From NCBI GenBank assembly GCA_963803705.1, contig CAWDNU010000004.1, positions 608,001-672,000 of the forward strand: 64,000 bases of DNA. Reading direction: 5' to 3'. Of this stretch, positions 51,424-60,860 are shown one piece after another (within the stretch, counting starts at the first letter, position 1; every line of letters begins with the position of its first letter). Below the pieces are notes generated by a model. That model had not been told where the DNA came from. It was given only the letters and a program-made list of their open reading frames with translations, and ran no database searches. Made by a program: the position numbers and the translations under genes. This stretch comes from an uncultured Pseudobdellovibrionaceae bacterium. GTDB lineage: Bacteria; Bdellovibrionota; Bdellovibrionia; Bdellovibrionales; UBA1609.

Positions 51424-52653
51424 ATGCATATTTGTTTCGTAACTAAAAATGATGACATATCCAGAACTGGTTTAAATGACTATGGGCACATTCTTCCTAC
51501 GGCTCGTCACCTAGTAAAACTAGGTCACAAAATTCACATCATCACTTGGAAGCCCCAGGGTTCAGACAATAAGTCTTACGAAGAAGACGGTATTAGTGTG
51601 GACTTTTTAGGAGTAGGTCATTTTAAATCGATCCAAGAATTTCCAGGCTTAGCGTTGGACAGAATTAGAAAAATTCATGAAGCAGATTCTATCAATATCG
51701 TGCACTCGCTTGACACTAAATTTAAATCTTTTAACAAGGTATTTCCAAAAAAACGATTTGCATTAAGCTACGGCGTCGAATGTACATCGATGATGGATGT
51801 ATTTGCTAGATTTTCAAACACCTACACTTCAGGCTTATCGGCACTAACCTCACTGGTTTCCGCCATAATTTGGTTTCTTAAAAAATTTTTCTTAGAAGAT
51901 TATAAGTTACTTAACCAAGCCGACGGAATCTTTGTGACTAGCCCAAAGCAAACTCTGGCTCTTGATAGATATTATCTATATGCAACGACTCGCACTTACC
52001 AAATCCCACTTAGTTTAGCATCTGGTTATTTTCCCAAAAAAGAAAAGAGCGAAGAGCTTATGGCTAAATTGAATTTGGAACCTAATAGCCAAATAGTTGT
52101 TGCAAGGGATAGCTTCCACGACATTAGACAAACAGAATTTCTACTGACAGCTTTCGAGCAAGTAGCTATTAGAAAACCCAGGGCTAAGTTGCTAATTATT
52201 GGTGATGGTGCCCACTTCAAAGAAGCCGAGCGAATCTGCATTGAACTAGCCTTAGACGCCCGAGTCACATTTTTAGGTCGCTTAAGCAAAAAATCTTACT
52301 TAAACTATATTAACTTGGGTGACATTTTTGTCCAATTATCTAGCCACACTTCGGGGCTTGGCATTGCACTTCTTGAAGCCATGTCTCAAGAAAAAATAGT
52401 TATAGGATCAGAATTTAGCCCAATCTCTAATTTTATAACTGATAAAGCGAACGGTCTGTTGATTCGACCTGGCGAAAGTGATTTGTTGACCAATTATATA
52501 ATCGATATTTTTGAAAATCCTAGTGCGTATTTAGAGTTTGGCCAAGAAGCTAGAGCAAAAGTTATAGAAACATTGAATCGAAAAAAATTGGCTTTAAATG
52601 CCGCCGAAGCCTTTGAAAGTATAATTAAACGCACTCATAAAAATTTTATCTGA
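51424..52653 (+). CDS. GT4 family glycosyltransferase (probable start MHICFV)
   Basis: GHKIHIIT, IIGDG, FLGR, LGIALLEAM. Confidence 0.85.
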   Translation: MHICFVTKNDDISRTGLNDYGHILPTARHLVKLGHKIHIITWKPQGSDNKSYEEDGISVDFLGVGHFKSIQEFPGLALDRIRKIHEADSINIVHSLDTKFKSFNKVFPKKRFALSYGVECTSMMDVFARFSNTYTSGLSALTSLVSAIIWFLKKFFLEDYKLLNQADGIFVTSPKQTLALDRYYLYATTRTYQIPLSLASGYFPKKEKSEELMAKLNLEPNSQIVVARDSFHDIRQTEFLLTAFEQVAIRKPRAKLLIIGDGAHFKEAERICIELALDARVTFLGRLSKKSYLNYINLGDIFVQLSSHTSGLGIALLEAMSQEKIVIGSEFSPISNFITDKANGLLIRPGESDLLTNYIIDIFENPSAYLEFGQEARAKVIETLNRKKLALNAAEAFESIIKRTHKNFI

Positions 52654-52655
52654 TT

Positions 52656-52686
52656 TTAGGGCCTGTGGAAGATTCATCTAGGTTTT
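52656..52686 (+). repeat. 31-bp repeat, copy C
   Basis: Identical to copies A and B; 2 nt after the GT4 stop. Confidence 0.95.
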
Positions 52687-52723
52687 CAGACCATCATGGC
52701 ACACTATTTGAAGTCCAATAGAC

Positions 52724-52918
52724 GTGAAAACATTGCTTCTATCACTAATTTTATATCAACTAGCACAAGCTAACCCTGATCAGTAGTGTCTAGATACTAT
52801 CCCAATAGTTGAAAAGAACTTCAATGGATTGGTCTTAGTCCCAGGGGCAATCACGGGTCAAATTCGCATGCACAAAGACGAAAGAGGGCTCTTTCGATAT
52901 GGATTAGCCCAGAATTGA
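52724..52918 (+). pseudogene. Possible remnant of an exported-protein gene
   Basis: GTG start, KTLLLSLILYQLAQA signal-like peptide, in-frame TAG at 52784, frame then open to 52918; TGGCAC-N5-TTGA at 52697-52711. Confidence 0.4.
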
Positions 52919-53022
52919 TACCTGCGTGTTTTTTATGGTAGAAAAGGACAACACACCCTAGCTAAGTCTTTAAATTTACATAAAAAACTTGGGTTTGAAT
53001 TAGTTTTTGTTATGATATTCAA

Positions 53023-53304
53023 ATGACAAAATCAGACCTTATAAATTTGGTAGCCTCGAAAGCAAATATCACTCGATTAAAAGCTGAGGCAGTGGTCAAC
53101 ACAGTTTTTGACAGCATGGCCGAAACTCTAAAAAACAACGATAGGATAGAAATTCGAGGTTTTGGATCATTTGTTAATCGCGATTATAAAGCTCGCCCCG
53201 GGCGTAACCCTCGAACTGGCGAAATTATTCAGGTGGATAGTAAGAAACTTCCCTTTTTCAAAGTGGGTAAAGAACTTAGAGAAGAGCTAAATGTTGAAAA
53301 ATAA
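53023..53304 (+). CDS. ihfB: Integration host factor beta / HU family protein
   Basis: MTKSDLI, RIEIRGFGSF, GRNPRTGE. Confidence 0.8.
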   Translation: MTKSDLINLVASKANITRLKAEAVVNTVFDSMAETLKNNDRIEIRGFGSFVNRDYKARPGRNPRTGEIIQVDSKKLPFFKVGKELREELNVEK

Positions 53305-53312
53305 CCAACAAT

Positions 53313-54374
53313 CTATCTGAAAAAATTAAAGTCATTTATATTTTTAAACCCGTAAAACATCATAAATAGCCTTTCCAAACCAATGGCGATACCACTGCAC
53401 TTAGGCAAATGGTCCAAACAACTTATAAACTGATGGTCCACAGGATGGGGATTTTTTCCTTCTGAAATACGCTTGGCATTTTCTTGCCTCCACCTATACA
53501 AAATAGTTTGAGAGTCCGATAGCTCTTCGAAAGCGTTGGCTAGTTCCAGCCCTGAACCATATATTTCAAAGCGTTTAGCCCACCCATCCGAACCTACTTT
53601 AGATAGTGCCGCCTGGGAAGGGGGATACGAATGAACAACAGTTAGTCGAGCTGGATCAAAACTTGGTTCAATTTTTCCAAGCCAGATTCTAAAAAAAAGG
53701 TCATCGAAACTGTCCTCCTCTAAGTGGTGGATTCCAAGTTTTCGGGCCGCAATTTTTAGTGCAGAACTCGTCGATTCAGGGTGCAAATCAATGCCAAGTT
53801 CGAAAAACAAATCTTCTATCTTCACGACAGTAAATGGAAGTTTCACATTCGAACCATCAAATTTGCATACCGGCCTACTATAGCCAGGAAGCCCACCTGC
53901 CAATTTAGAATGAATTTGATTTAAAAGTTGCAAAACAAATTTAATAAATTCTTCCATCCCGCAATCTTTTTTGTAAAACTCCAACATTTTAAACTCGGAA
54001 CTGTGACAAGCTGAGCTTTCTAAATTCCTAAAACAAGTTTTTATCTCAAAAACATCTTCAAAGTAACCTGTAGCAAGTGCTTTCTTGATATGAAACTCCG
54101 GACTTGTAGGCAGCTGCACCTTTTTAGATATATTTCCAAACTGAAGGTCAAAGCTAAATGGTTCCAAGTTGGACTCTAAAGCGCCAGAGGTGACCAGATA
54201 TGGAGTGAGCAATTTTTGAAAGCCTTGATCTTTCAAAATTTCCTCGCATAAATCTAAAAACTGAATCCAAGCTTTGTAATGCGGAACCCTAGAAGCATGT
54301 TCATCGATTGAAATACGTTTCATACAACTTGCCCTTATCGTTTTTAGTTCCGCCTTCGCATTGATGTGTTCCAA
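53313..54374 (-). CDS. epmA: EF-P lysine ligase EpmA/GenX (start may be 54323)
   Basis: TSPEFHIKK, CFRN, EFKMLEFY, YPPSQAAL, RFEIY, ELANAFEEL, GIAIGLERL; no anticodon-binding domain. Confidence 0.88.
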   Translation of the reverse strand: MEHINAKAELKTIRASCMKRISIDEHASRVPHYKAWIQFLDLCEEILKDQGFQKLLTPYLVTSGALESNLEPFSFDLQFGNISKKVQLPTSPEFHIKKALATGYFEDVFEIKTCFRNLESSACHSSEFKMLEFYKKDCGMEEFIKFVLQLLNQIHSKLAGGLPGYSRPVCKFDGSNVKLPFTVVKIEDLFFELGIDLHPESTSSALKIAARKLGIHHLEEDSFDDLFFRIWLGKIEPSFDPARLTVVHSYPPSQAALSKVGSDGWAKRFEIYGSGLELANAFEELSDSQTILYRWRQENAKRISEGKNPHPVDHQFISCLDHLPKCSGIAIGLERLFMMFYGFKNINDFNFFR

Positions 54375-54507
54375 TCTTAGCTTGCATTAATTGATTCGTC
54401 CTTGCTTTTATTAAAGATATCTTGACCCCAAGCTTAGTTCACGAGAAACGTATATAGTACAATTTATTTAAATTTGTACGGCTGAAAGACCCTAAAAGGA
54501 GTATTAG

Positions 54508-54972
54508 ATGAACATATCTCAAGAACTTGAAAGACGAATAAAATCTGTAACAAATAATCCAAGAGTAAAGTCTTTGATGAAAGAAGTGGACAAAGCGGCT
54601 AAAGAATTAAAAAAGCTTGAGTTCACAAAAACTATTGAGTCAACAGCAACAAAAAGGCTAAATGACATAGATTCGAAATATAAAGGCATTAAATCTCAAA
54701 TTAACAAAATTCAAAAACAAGTTGATCTTGAAATGAGCAGAGCTTATTCAACGCTTAAAACCGCTCAAAGAGAAGCTACAAAATCCTTGGTTACGATTAC
54801 TAAAGCCGTTGAAACTGAAAGCCAACGTTTAAAGAAAGCAGTAAAAAGTGCTTCTGTTTCCAGTCCCAAAAAAACAAGTAAGAAGAAAGAATCGGTCGCT
54901 AAAAAGGTGACTAAGAAAAAAGTGGCCAAGAAAAAAGTAGCTAAAAAGAAAGTAAGTAAAAAAAAGAAGTAG
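54508..54972 (+). CDS. Coiled-coil protein with a histone H1-like KKVAKKK tail
   Basis: AAGGAG SD; C-terminal repeats of V-(A/T/S)-KKK. Confidence 0.85.
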   Translation: MNISQELERRIKSVTNNPRVKSLMKEVDKAAKELKKLEFTKTIESTATKRLNDIDSKYKGIKSQINKIQKQVDLEMSRAYSTLKTAQREATKSLVTITKAVETESQRLKKAVKSASVSSPKKTSKKKESVAKKVTKKKVAKKKVAKKKVSKKKK

Positions 54973-55016
54973 TCATTTGATTAGCGCCTTTTCGGGCTAA
55001 GATATTAAATTTTAAG

Positions 55017-55066
55017 AAGCCCAAATTTGATCTTTAAAACAAGATCGATCAATTTGGGCTTTTATT
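55017..55066 (+). terminator. Intrinsic terminator-like hairpin
   Basis: AAGCCCAAATT...AATTTGGGCTT followed by a T-rich run. Confidence 0.6.
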
Positions 55067-55082
55067 CATAAAGGAACACTGC

Positions 55083-57962
55083 ATGAGCTTTGAGTTTGCA
55101 AAACGTCACATTGGCCCTTCAGATATTGAAATTAAAGATATGCTGTCAGGTTTTCAATCTAAATCCTTAGATGAATTTACTGGAAAAGTTATCCCCGATT
55201 CCATTTTAGCGAAATCAAATTTTGACGAGTTAAAGCCAGTATCTGAACCAGAACTGTTAAAGAAAGCCGCCCGTATCGGCGACAAGAATCGAAGCTTTTT
55301 GTCTTTTATCGGACAAGGTTATTACAACACAAATACTCCTACAGTTATTTTAAGAAATGTTTTTGAATCCCCGGCATGGTATACTTCATATACTCCCTAC
55401 CAAGCTGAAATTTCGCAAGGTCGTCTTGAAGCGCTATTAAACTTTCAAACAATGGTCTGTGACTTAACCGGAATGCAAATAGCTAATGCTTCCTTGCTAG
55501 ATGAAGGAACGGCTGCAGCTGAAGCTGTAAGTCTTTCCTTTGCTGTCACTAAAAAGAAAAAAGCCAGCCAAATTATATGTGATGAAAATTTATTTATGCA
55601 AACAATGGAAGTCGTGAAAACACGAGCTGAAGCCATTGGACTAAATTTAGTGATTCAGGATTTGGCTACCTGGACACCAGACAAAGAAAAGGACCTTTGC
55701 CTTATAACTCAGTACCCAAACACATTAGGTCTAATAAAAGATCCTAGTGCCATAGTAAATAAAGCCAAAATGGACGGAACAATCACAATCTGTTGTTCTG
55801 ATCTGATGGCTTTAACTCAGATAAAACCTCCGGGTGAATTAGGCTTCGATATTTCCGTTGGAAGCGCTCAGCGTTTCGGTGTTCCAATGGGCTTTGGTGG
55901 CCCGCACGCTGCTTTTTTTGCTACAAAAGATGACTTTAAGAGATCAATTCCTGGTCGAATTATTGGTGTTTCAAAAGATCGCCTGGGCAACACCGCTTTT
56001 AGAATGTCTTTGCAAACTCGCGAGCAACATATTCGCAGAGACAAAGCTACCAGTAATATCTGCACAGCCCAAGCTTTGTTGGCCATTATGGCCTCGATGT
56101 ACGGGGTTTTTCACGGACCCAAGGGCTTAAAACTAATTTCTGACCGCATTTTCAACTATGCCGAAAACATAAAGGAAGAAATTACCAAATTAGGCTACCG
56201 ATGCTTAGCCGAAACCAGTTTTGACACTTTGTCTTTTACCGACGGACCATTAAGTGGAGAAGAAGTTATTAGCAGATTTCGGGTCGCTGGAATTAATTTA
56301 GGTCGCTGGAGTCAAGGGTGGCAGTTTTCAGTAGATGAATTTTGGACGGATAAGACCTATTTGGCTTTTATCAAAATTTTGAAAGGTGAGATCAAATCTG
56401 TAGACGAAATTAACGATGATGAACAGGTAGAACTGAAAAAAACAACCTTTAAACACGAATCACTAAAACGAACCACACCATTTCTTCAGCACGAAATTTT
56501 TAACAGGTCGCAGTCAGAAACTGAAGTGCTTAGATATATATACAAACTACAAAATAAAGATTTGTCGCTGACTCACTCTATGATTCCGCTTGGTTCATGC
56601 ACGATGAAATTAAACTCAACAACAGAAATGCTTCCAGTAAGTGATGCTAGGTGGTCAAACTTCCACCCGTTCGCACCCGCGGATCAACATCTTGGGTATG
56701 ATGAACTTATCAGTTCTTTAGAGGCAAGACTTAAAAATTTAACTGGTTTTTCAGCGGTGAGCTTTCAGCCTAATGCAGGCTCTCAAGGAGAGTACGCAGG
56801 GCTTCTGGTGATAAAAAAGTACTTCGAGTCCATTAATGAATCCCATAGAAATATATGTTTGATCCCATCTTCTGCCCACGGAACAAATCCTGCCTCGGCT
56901 GTTATGGCTAATTTTAAAGTTGTAGTCATAAAATGCGACGACATAGGAAATATCGACTTAAATGATCTTCAAGAAAAATGCTTAGCCCACAAAGATAATC
57001 TGGCAGCTCTTATGGTTACATACCCATCAACTCATGGGGTCTTTGAAAGTGAAATAAAAACTGTTTGCTCCATGGTGCATGAATCCGGTGGTCAGGTTTA
57101 TCTTGATGGTGCAAACTTAAATGCACTAGTAGGCTTGGTGAAGCCTGCTGAACTTGGTGCCGATGTAGCCCATATGAACCTTCACAAAACTTTTTGCATT
57201 CCGCACGGTGGTGGTGGACCCGGTGTTGGCCCTATCGGCGTGGCTCAACATCTAGTCTGCTTCTTACCCTCACACAGTATCAAACCTGAAGTAAATTCTG
57301 ATGGCATGGCGATCGGTGCCGTAAGTTCGGCTCCTTGGGGAAGCGCTAGCATCCTTCCCATTTCTTGGGCCTATATTGAGATGATGGGTTCTGAAGGTCT
57401 AAAGCAAGCAACACAAGTTGCGATTTTAAATGCTAACTATATTGCTGAACGGTTAAAACCTTATTACAAAATACTGTTCACTGGAAAAGGTGGCTTCATT
57501 GCCCATGAGTGCATTATTGATGTCCGTCCATTTAAGGCTTCGGCGCAAGTTACTGTAGACGATTTTGCTAAACGCCTGATGGATTATGGTTTTCATGCCC
57601 CTACGATGTCGTGGCCAGTTGTCGGCACCTTAATGATTGAGCCCACAGAATCTGAATCAAAAGCGGAGTTGGATAGATTTTGTGATGCGATGATTTCTAT
57701 TTATCAAGAAGTTCAAAAAATCGAATCGGGCGAATATGATAAAGCTCAGAATCCCTTAAAAAATGCTCCTCATACTATGGGGGAAGTAACTGCAGATGAG
57801 TGGACTTACAGCTATTCAAGAAAGACTGCTGCTTTTCCAATGGAAAAAGGTACTATTGCAAAGCCTACGAACAAGTTTTGGCCTTCGGTTGCACGCATTG
57901 ATAACGCTTTTGGTGATAGGTCGTTGATTTGTTCTTGCCCTCCACTTTCAGACTATGAATAA
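55083..57962 (+). CDS. gcvP: Glycine dehydrogenase (decarboxylating), single chain
   Basis: YTPYQAEISQGRLE, TSNICTAQ, PLP-Lys motif NLHKTF, GGGGPG. Confidence 0.98.
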   Translation: MSFEFAKRHIGPSDIEIKDMLSGFQSKSLDEFTGKVIPDSILAKSNFDELKPVSEPELLKKAARIGDKNRSFLSFIGQGYYNTNTPTVILRNVFESPAWYTSYTPYQAEISQGRLEALLNFQTMVCDLTGMQIANASLLDEGTAAAEAVSLSFAVTKKKKASQIICDENLFMQTMEVVKTRAEAIGLNLVIQDLATWTPDKEKDLCLITQYPNTLGLIKDPSAIVNKAKMDGTITICCSDLMALTQIKPPGELGFDISVGSAQRFGVPMGFGGPHAAFFATKDDFKRSIPGRIIGVSKDRLGNTAFRMSLQTREQHIRRDKATSNICTAQALLAIMASMYGVFHGPKGLKLISDRIFNYAENIKEEITKLGYRCLAETSFDTLSFTDGPLSGEEVISRFRVAGINLGRWSQGWQFSVDEFWTDKTYLAFIKILKGEIKSVDEINDDEQVELKKTTFKHESLKRTTPFLQHEIFNRSQSETEVLRYIYKLQNKDLSLTHSMIPLGSCTMKLNSTTEMLPVSDARWSNFHPFAPADQHLGYDELISSLEARLKNLTGFSAVSFQPNAGSQGEYAGLLVIKKYFESINESHRNICLIPSSAHGTNPASAVMANFKVVVIKCDDIGNIDLNDLQEKCLAHKDNLAALMVTYPSTHGVFESEIKTVCSMVHESGGQVYLDGANLNALVGLVKPAELGADVAHMNLHKTFCIPHGGGGPGVGPIGVAQHLVCFLPSHSIKPEVNSDGMAIGAVSSAPWGSASILPISWAYIEMMGSEGLKQATQVAILNANYIAERLKPYYKILFTGKGGFIAHECIIDVRPFKASAQVTVDDFAKRLMDYGFHAPTMSWPVVGTLMIEPTESESKAELDRFCDAMISIYQEVQKIESGEYDKAQNPLKNAPHTMGEVTADEWTYSYSRKTAAFPMEKGTIAKPTNKFWPSVARIDNAFGDRSLICSCPPLSDYE

Positions 57963-57985
57963 GCTAAAGACATAAAAAAACAATG

Positions 57986-58110
57986 GGGCCTGTTGAAAAA
58001 GTATTAGATTCTAGGCGTCCAAGCTTAAAGTCGAATGAGTCGTAGTTTATCTACGTCGAATGAGATTTAAGCGAAGGCAACAACGAAGATGATGCTTTTT
58101 CAACAGGCCC
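57986..58110. mobile_element. 125-bp MITE/RPE-like element with 16-bp terminal inverted repeats
   Basis: GGGCCTGTTGAAAAAG (57986-58001) and CTTTTTCAACAGGCCC (58095-58110); central CGTAG-tttat-CTACG; no ORF. Confidence 0.8.
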
Positions 58111-58270
58111 AAGGGTTAATAGTCTAGGTGCAAGCGCAACTGAATGATGCGCCTTTGAAGGGGCTCAAGACTAAAAATTAATTCCTCTAGGGGTTTGTAA
58201 ACGTTCTGCATTATCATGAATCCTATGGGTAAAGCTTTTCAACTTAAGACTTAAAACATATACTTTAACA

Positions 58271-60823
58271 ATGAATTTTTCCATATCCAATCAGAATGTT
58301 TTTGAGTCTTCCCGTCATACGGCCTTGTTTTTATTGTCAGAGCTATACAGCACAATTGAGTCCAGGCTTGAGCCAGAAATTAGCGTCGAAATCAGTAATA
58401 TTCTTTCTGACCTATTAAACTCAGAATCAAGGCCTTATAATATTGAAAGCAAAAACAATGAGGACCACTCAGCAATTAGATTTATCAAATTTTACTTAGA
58501 ATTTAACCACATTGCCGAGCGATTCCACAGAATTTATCTGGCAAAAGAAAAACATGTTGTTCCAAAATTAATGTCAGATTTCGATAAGCTTAGACCAGGA
58601 ATTTCTAACGAAAAATTTGAATCCTTTTTGAACCACATAGAAATTGACTTAGTCTTTACGGCTCATCCAACCGAAATTTTTGAAAGGAAAATTCTTAAGA
58701 AATATATTCAAATTCATAAAAATCTAAAAACTGTCAAAGATAGTAAAAAATTTGGAATTCACAATAGACTAACCAAAGAAAGAAGAGCACTACTACTAAG
58801 TCTATGGCTTGCGCCAGATTTTGGCTTGACCAAACCTAAAGCCAAAGACGAAGCCAAGCTTGCCCAACTTATCTTTCAATACTCGCTTTGGGATGGTGTT
58901 ACTAAATTCAAAAAAAGATTCCATAATAATCTGCGCAAATATAATTTACCGCTAACTACTAATAAGAACTTGCTTAAATTTTCTTCATGGATGGGTGGAG
59001 ACCGAGATGGTAACCCAAATGTGACTACAAAATCTACAGTTGAAATTATAAAAAGTTTTTCAAAAAAATCTGTAAATCTTTACTTCCGAGAATTCAAAAG
59101 ACTAAAGGAAGACCTTTGCTTCGATGTTTATATTGGTGACGAGTGTATTTCGATAGAAAGAAAAATTGAAGTGATTCAAAAACAACTTTCTAAAATAATA
59201 CGTGATGATTACAAAATCGCTGATATCAAAGAGGCTGAAATAGATATACTTAAAAGCTTAAAAAAACTTTATGATTTATTAGTCGGTTTTAACGCTAAAT
59301 CGTTGGCAGATCAAAGACTGCGGAGTTTGATTGACCGACTTGAAACCTTAGGGATTTTGGGGATGAGATGGGATTTTAGACAGGAAAGCGCTTACCACGA
59401 TCTGATAATAGACAATATATTTCAAGACTTATTTGATAACCTTAAGTATAGCGAAATGCCGGAAAACAAAAAGCAAGCTTGGCTAGAGAACCATGTCTCT
59501 GATATCGAAAAAAGATTGTTAGATAACGGACAAAATTTTTCCAACGATGAATCTCAAGATTTTGTTGATAGCCTTTTTTTAATTAAAAAATTAGGTTCAA
59601 AAATTATTCCTTATTATATAATTTCCATGACCAGAGCTTCTTCAGACCTTTTATTGATGCAAATTCTATTTAAAATTTTTGAAATTCAAACTAAGGTAGT
59701 CCCTCTGTTTGAAACTTTGGAAGACCTAGAAAATTCTACAGCGATTATTGAACCCTTTTTAAAATACGACAGGTTAAACTCAACTTCGGGAAATTTTTTG
59801 CCTATCATGTTAGGGTATTCTGATAGCGCAAAAACAGGTAGCCGTTTAGCTTCGGTATGGAATTTGTACTTGGCACAAAAAAAACTTGTTAAAGTGGCTA
59901 CTGAAAGCGGCTACGAGTGCCAGTTTTTTCATGGTCGTGGTGGTAGTATCGGTCGCGGTGGGGGGCCAGTTCAACATGCTATTTCATCTTGTCCTATTGA
60001 ATCCATGAGTAAGGGATTCAGAATGACAATTCAAGGTGAAGTAATTTTTGACCGCTTCGGCTTTTCTTCCATAGCAGTTCAGAGCATGATGACTTACGTA
60101 ATGAGCTTGATTAATTATCAGTTCTCTGAAAGAAAGCAGAATACTGAGCTTAAGGGTTTTGAAAGTATTTTTTCTGAAATGAGTGAGATTTCTAAAATCA
60201 AGTACCGGAAACTAATAGAGTCGGAAAAATTTTTAGATTATTTTGAAAAAGTTACGCCAGTAAACTATATTTCAGAACTAAATATCGGCAGTAGGCCAGC
60301 TAAAAGACAAAGTTCGAAAAAATCTTATCGTGCGATTCCATGGGTTTTTGGATGGACCCAAAACAGGTGTCTATTGCCTGCCTGGTATGGAGCTGGGACC
60401 GCTCTAGAGCATACTCTAAATTCACATGGTGTTGATAAGCTGAAGTCTTTGTATGAATCATTTTTTCTGTTCAGGTCTACATTGGATCTAATCTATATGA
60501 CGTATTTAAAAATTGAAATGGATGTATTCAAACGCTACGACGAAAAGTTGGCAGGAAGTTACAGTTTTAAAAGTGATATTGTTACCGAATATGATCTTTT
60601 GAAAAAGTGTTTGTTGCAAATAGTAGATCCAAACAAGATAAACCATCAAAACTTAGAAGAAAAACTTTATGGTCGATTAGAGGTCTTAGATAGTTTACAC
60701 AATTTACAAATCGATATGTTAGCTAAAGCCCAAGCTAACAATGAGAACTTTTCCAAAGCCGACAAGAAATCTTTATTACTCACAATTCAAGCATTAGCTT
60801 CTGGCATGGGCAATACAGGCTAA
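58271..60823 (+). CDS. ppc: Phosphoenolpyruvate carboxylase
   Basis: VFTAHPT, WMGGDRDGNP, MLGYSDSAK, FHGRGGSIGRGG, RAIPWVF, C-terminal NTG. Confidence 0.96.
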   Translation: MNFSISNQNVFESSRHTALFLLSELYSTIESRLEPEISVEISNILSDLLNSESRPYNIESKNNEDHSAIRFIKFYLEFNHIAERFHRIYLAKEKHVVPKLMSDFDKLRPGISNEKFESFLNHIEIDLVFTAHPTEIFERKILKKYIQIHKNLKTVKDSKKFGIHNRLTKERRALLLSLWLAPDFGLTKPKAKDEAKLAQLIFQYSLWDGVTKFKKRFHNNLRKYNLPLTTNKNLLKFSSWMGGDRDGNPNVTTKSTVEIIKSFSKKSVNLYFREFKRLKEDLCFDVYIGDECISIERKIEVIQKQLSKIIRDDYKIADIKEAEIDILKSLKKLYDLLVGFNAKSLADQRLRSLIDRLETLGILGMRWDFRQESAYHDLIIDNIFQDLFDNLKYSEMPENKKQAWLENHVSDIEKRLLDNGQNFSNDESQDFVDSLFLIKKLGSKIIPYYIISMTRASSDLLLMQILFKIFEIQTKVVPLFETLEDLENSTAIIEPFLKYDRLNSTSGNFLPIMLGYSDSAKTGSRLASVWNLYLAQKKLVKVATESGYECQFFHGRGGSIGRGGGPVQHAISSCPIESMSKGFRMTIQGEVIFDRFGFSSIAVQSMMTYVMSLINYQFSERKQNTELKGFESIFSEMSEISKIKYRKLIESEKFLDYFEKVTPVNYISELNIGSRPAKRQSSKKSYRAIPWVFGWTQNRCLLPAWYGAGTALEHTLNSHGVDKLKSLYESFFLFRSTLDLIYMTYLKIEMDVFKRYDEKLAGSYSFKSDIVTEYDLLKKCLLQIVDPNKINHQNLEEKLYGRLEVLDSLHNLQIDMLAKAQANNENFSKADKKSLLLTIQALASGMGNTG

Positions 60824-60860
60824 CAAAAACCGCTACGGAATGAGCAGCAGAGTCTTCTAC

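Noticed and set aside
38977..52686. 31-bp identical repeats as a CRISPR array
   Set aside because: Copies are 2-12 kb apart with no spacer periodicity and no cas genes
54973..55082. Glycine riboswitch upstream of gcvP
   Set aside because: The 110-nt gap has only terminator-like hairpins and no GGAGA...CTCTCAGG aptamer motifs
58120..58173. Hammerhead ribozyme
   Set aside because: It has CTGAATGA inside a loop and GAAG rather than the CUGANGA and GAAA core; the junction geometry does not fit
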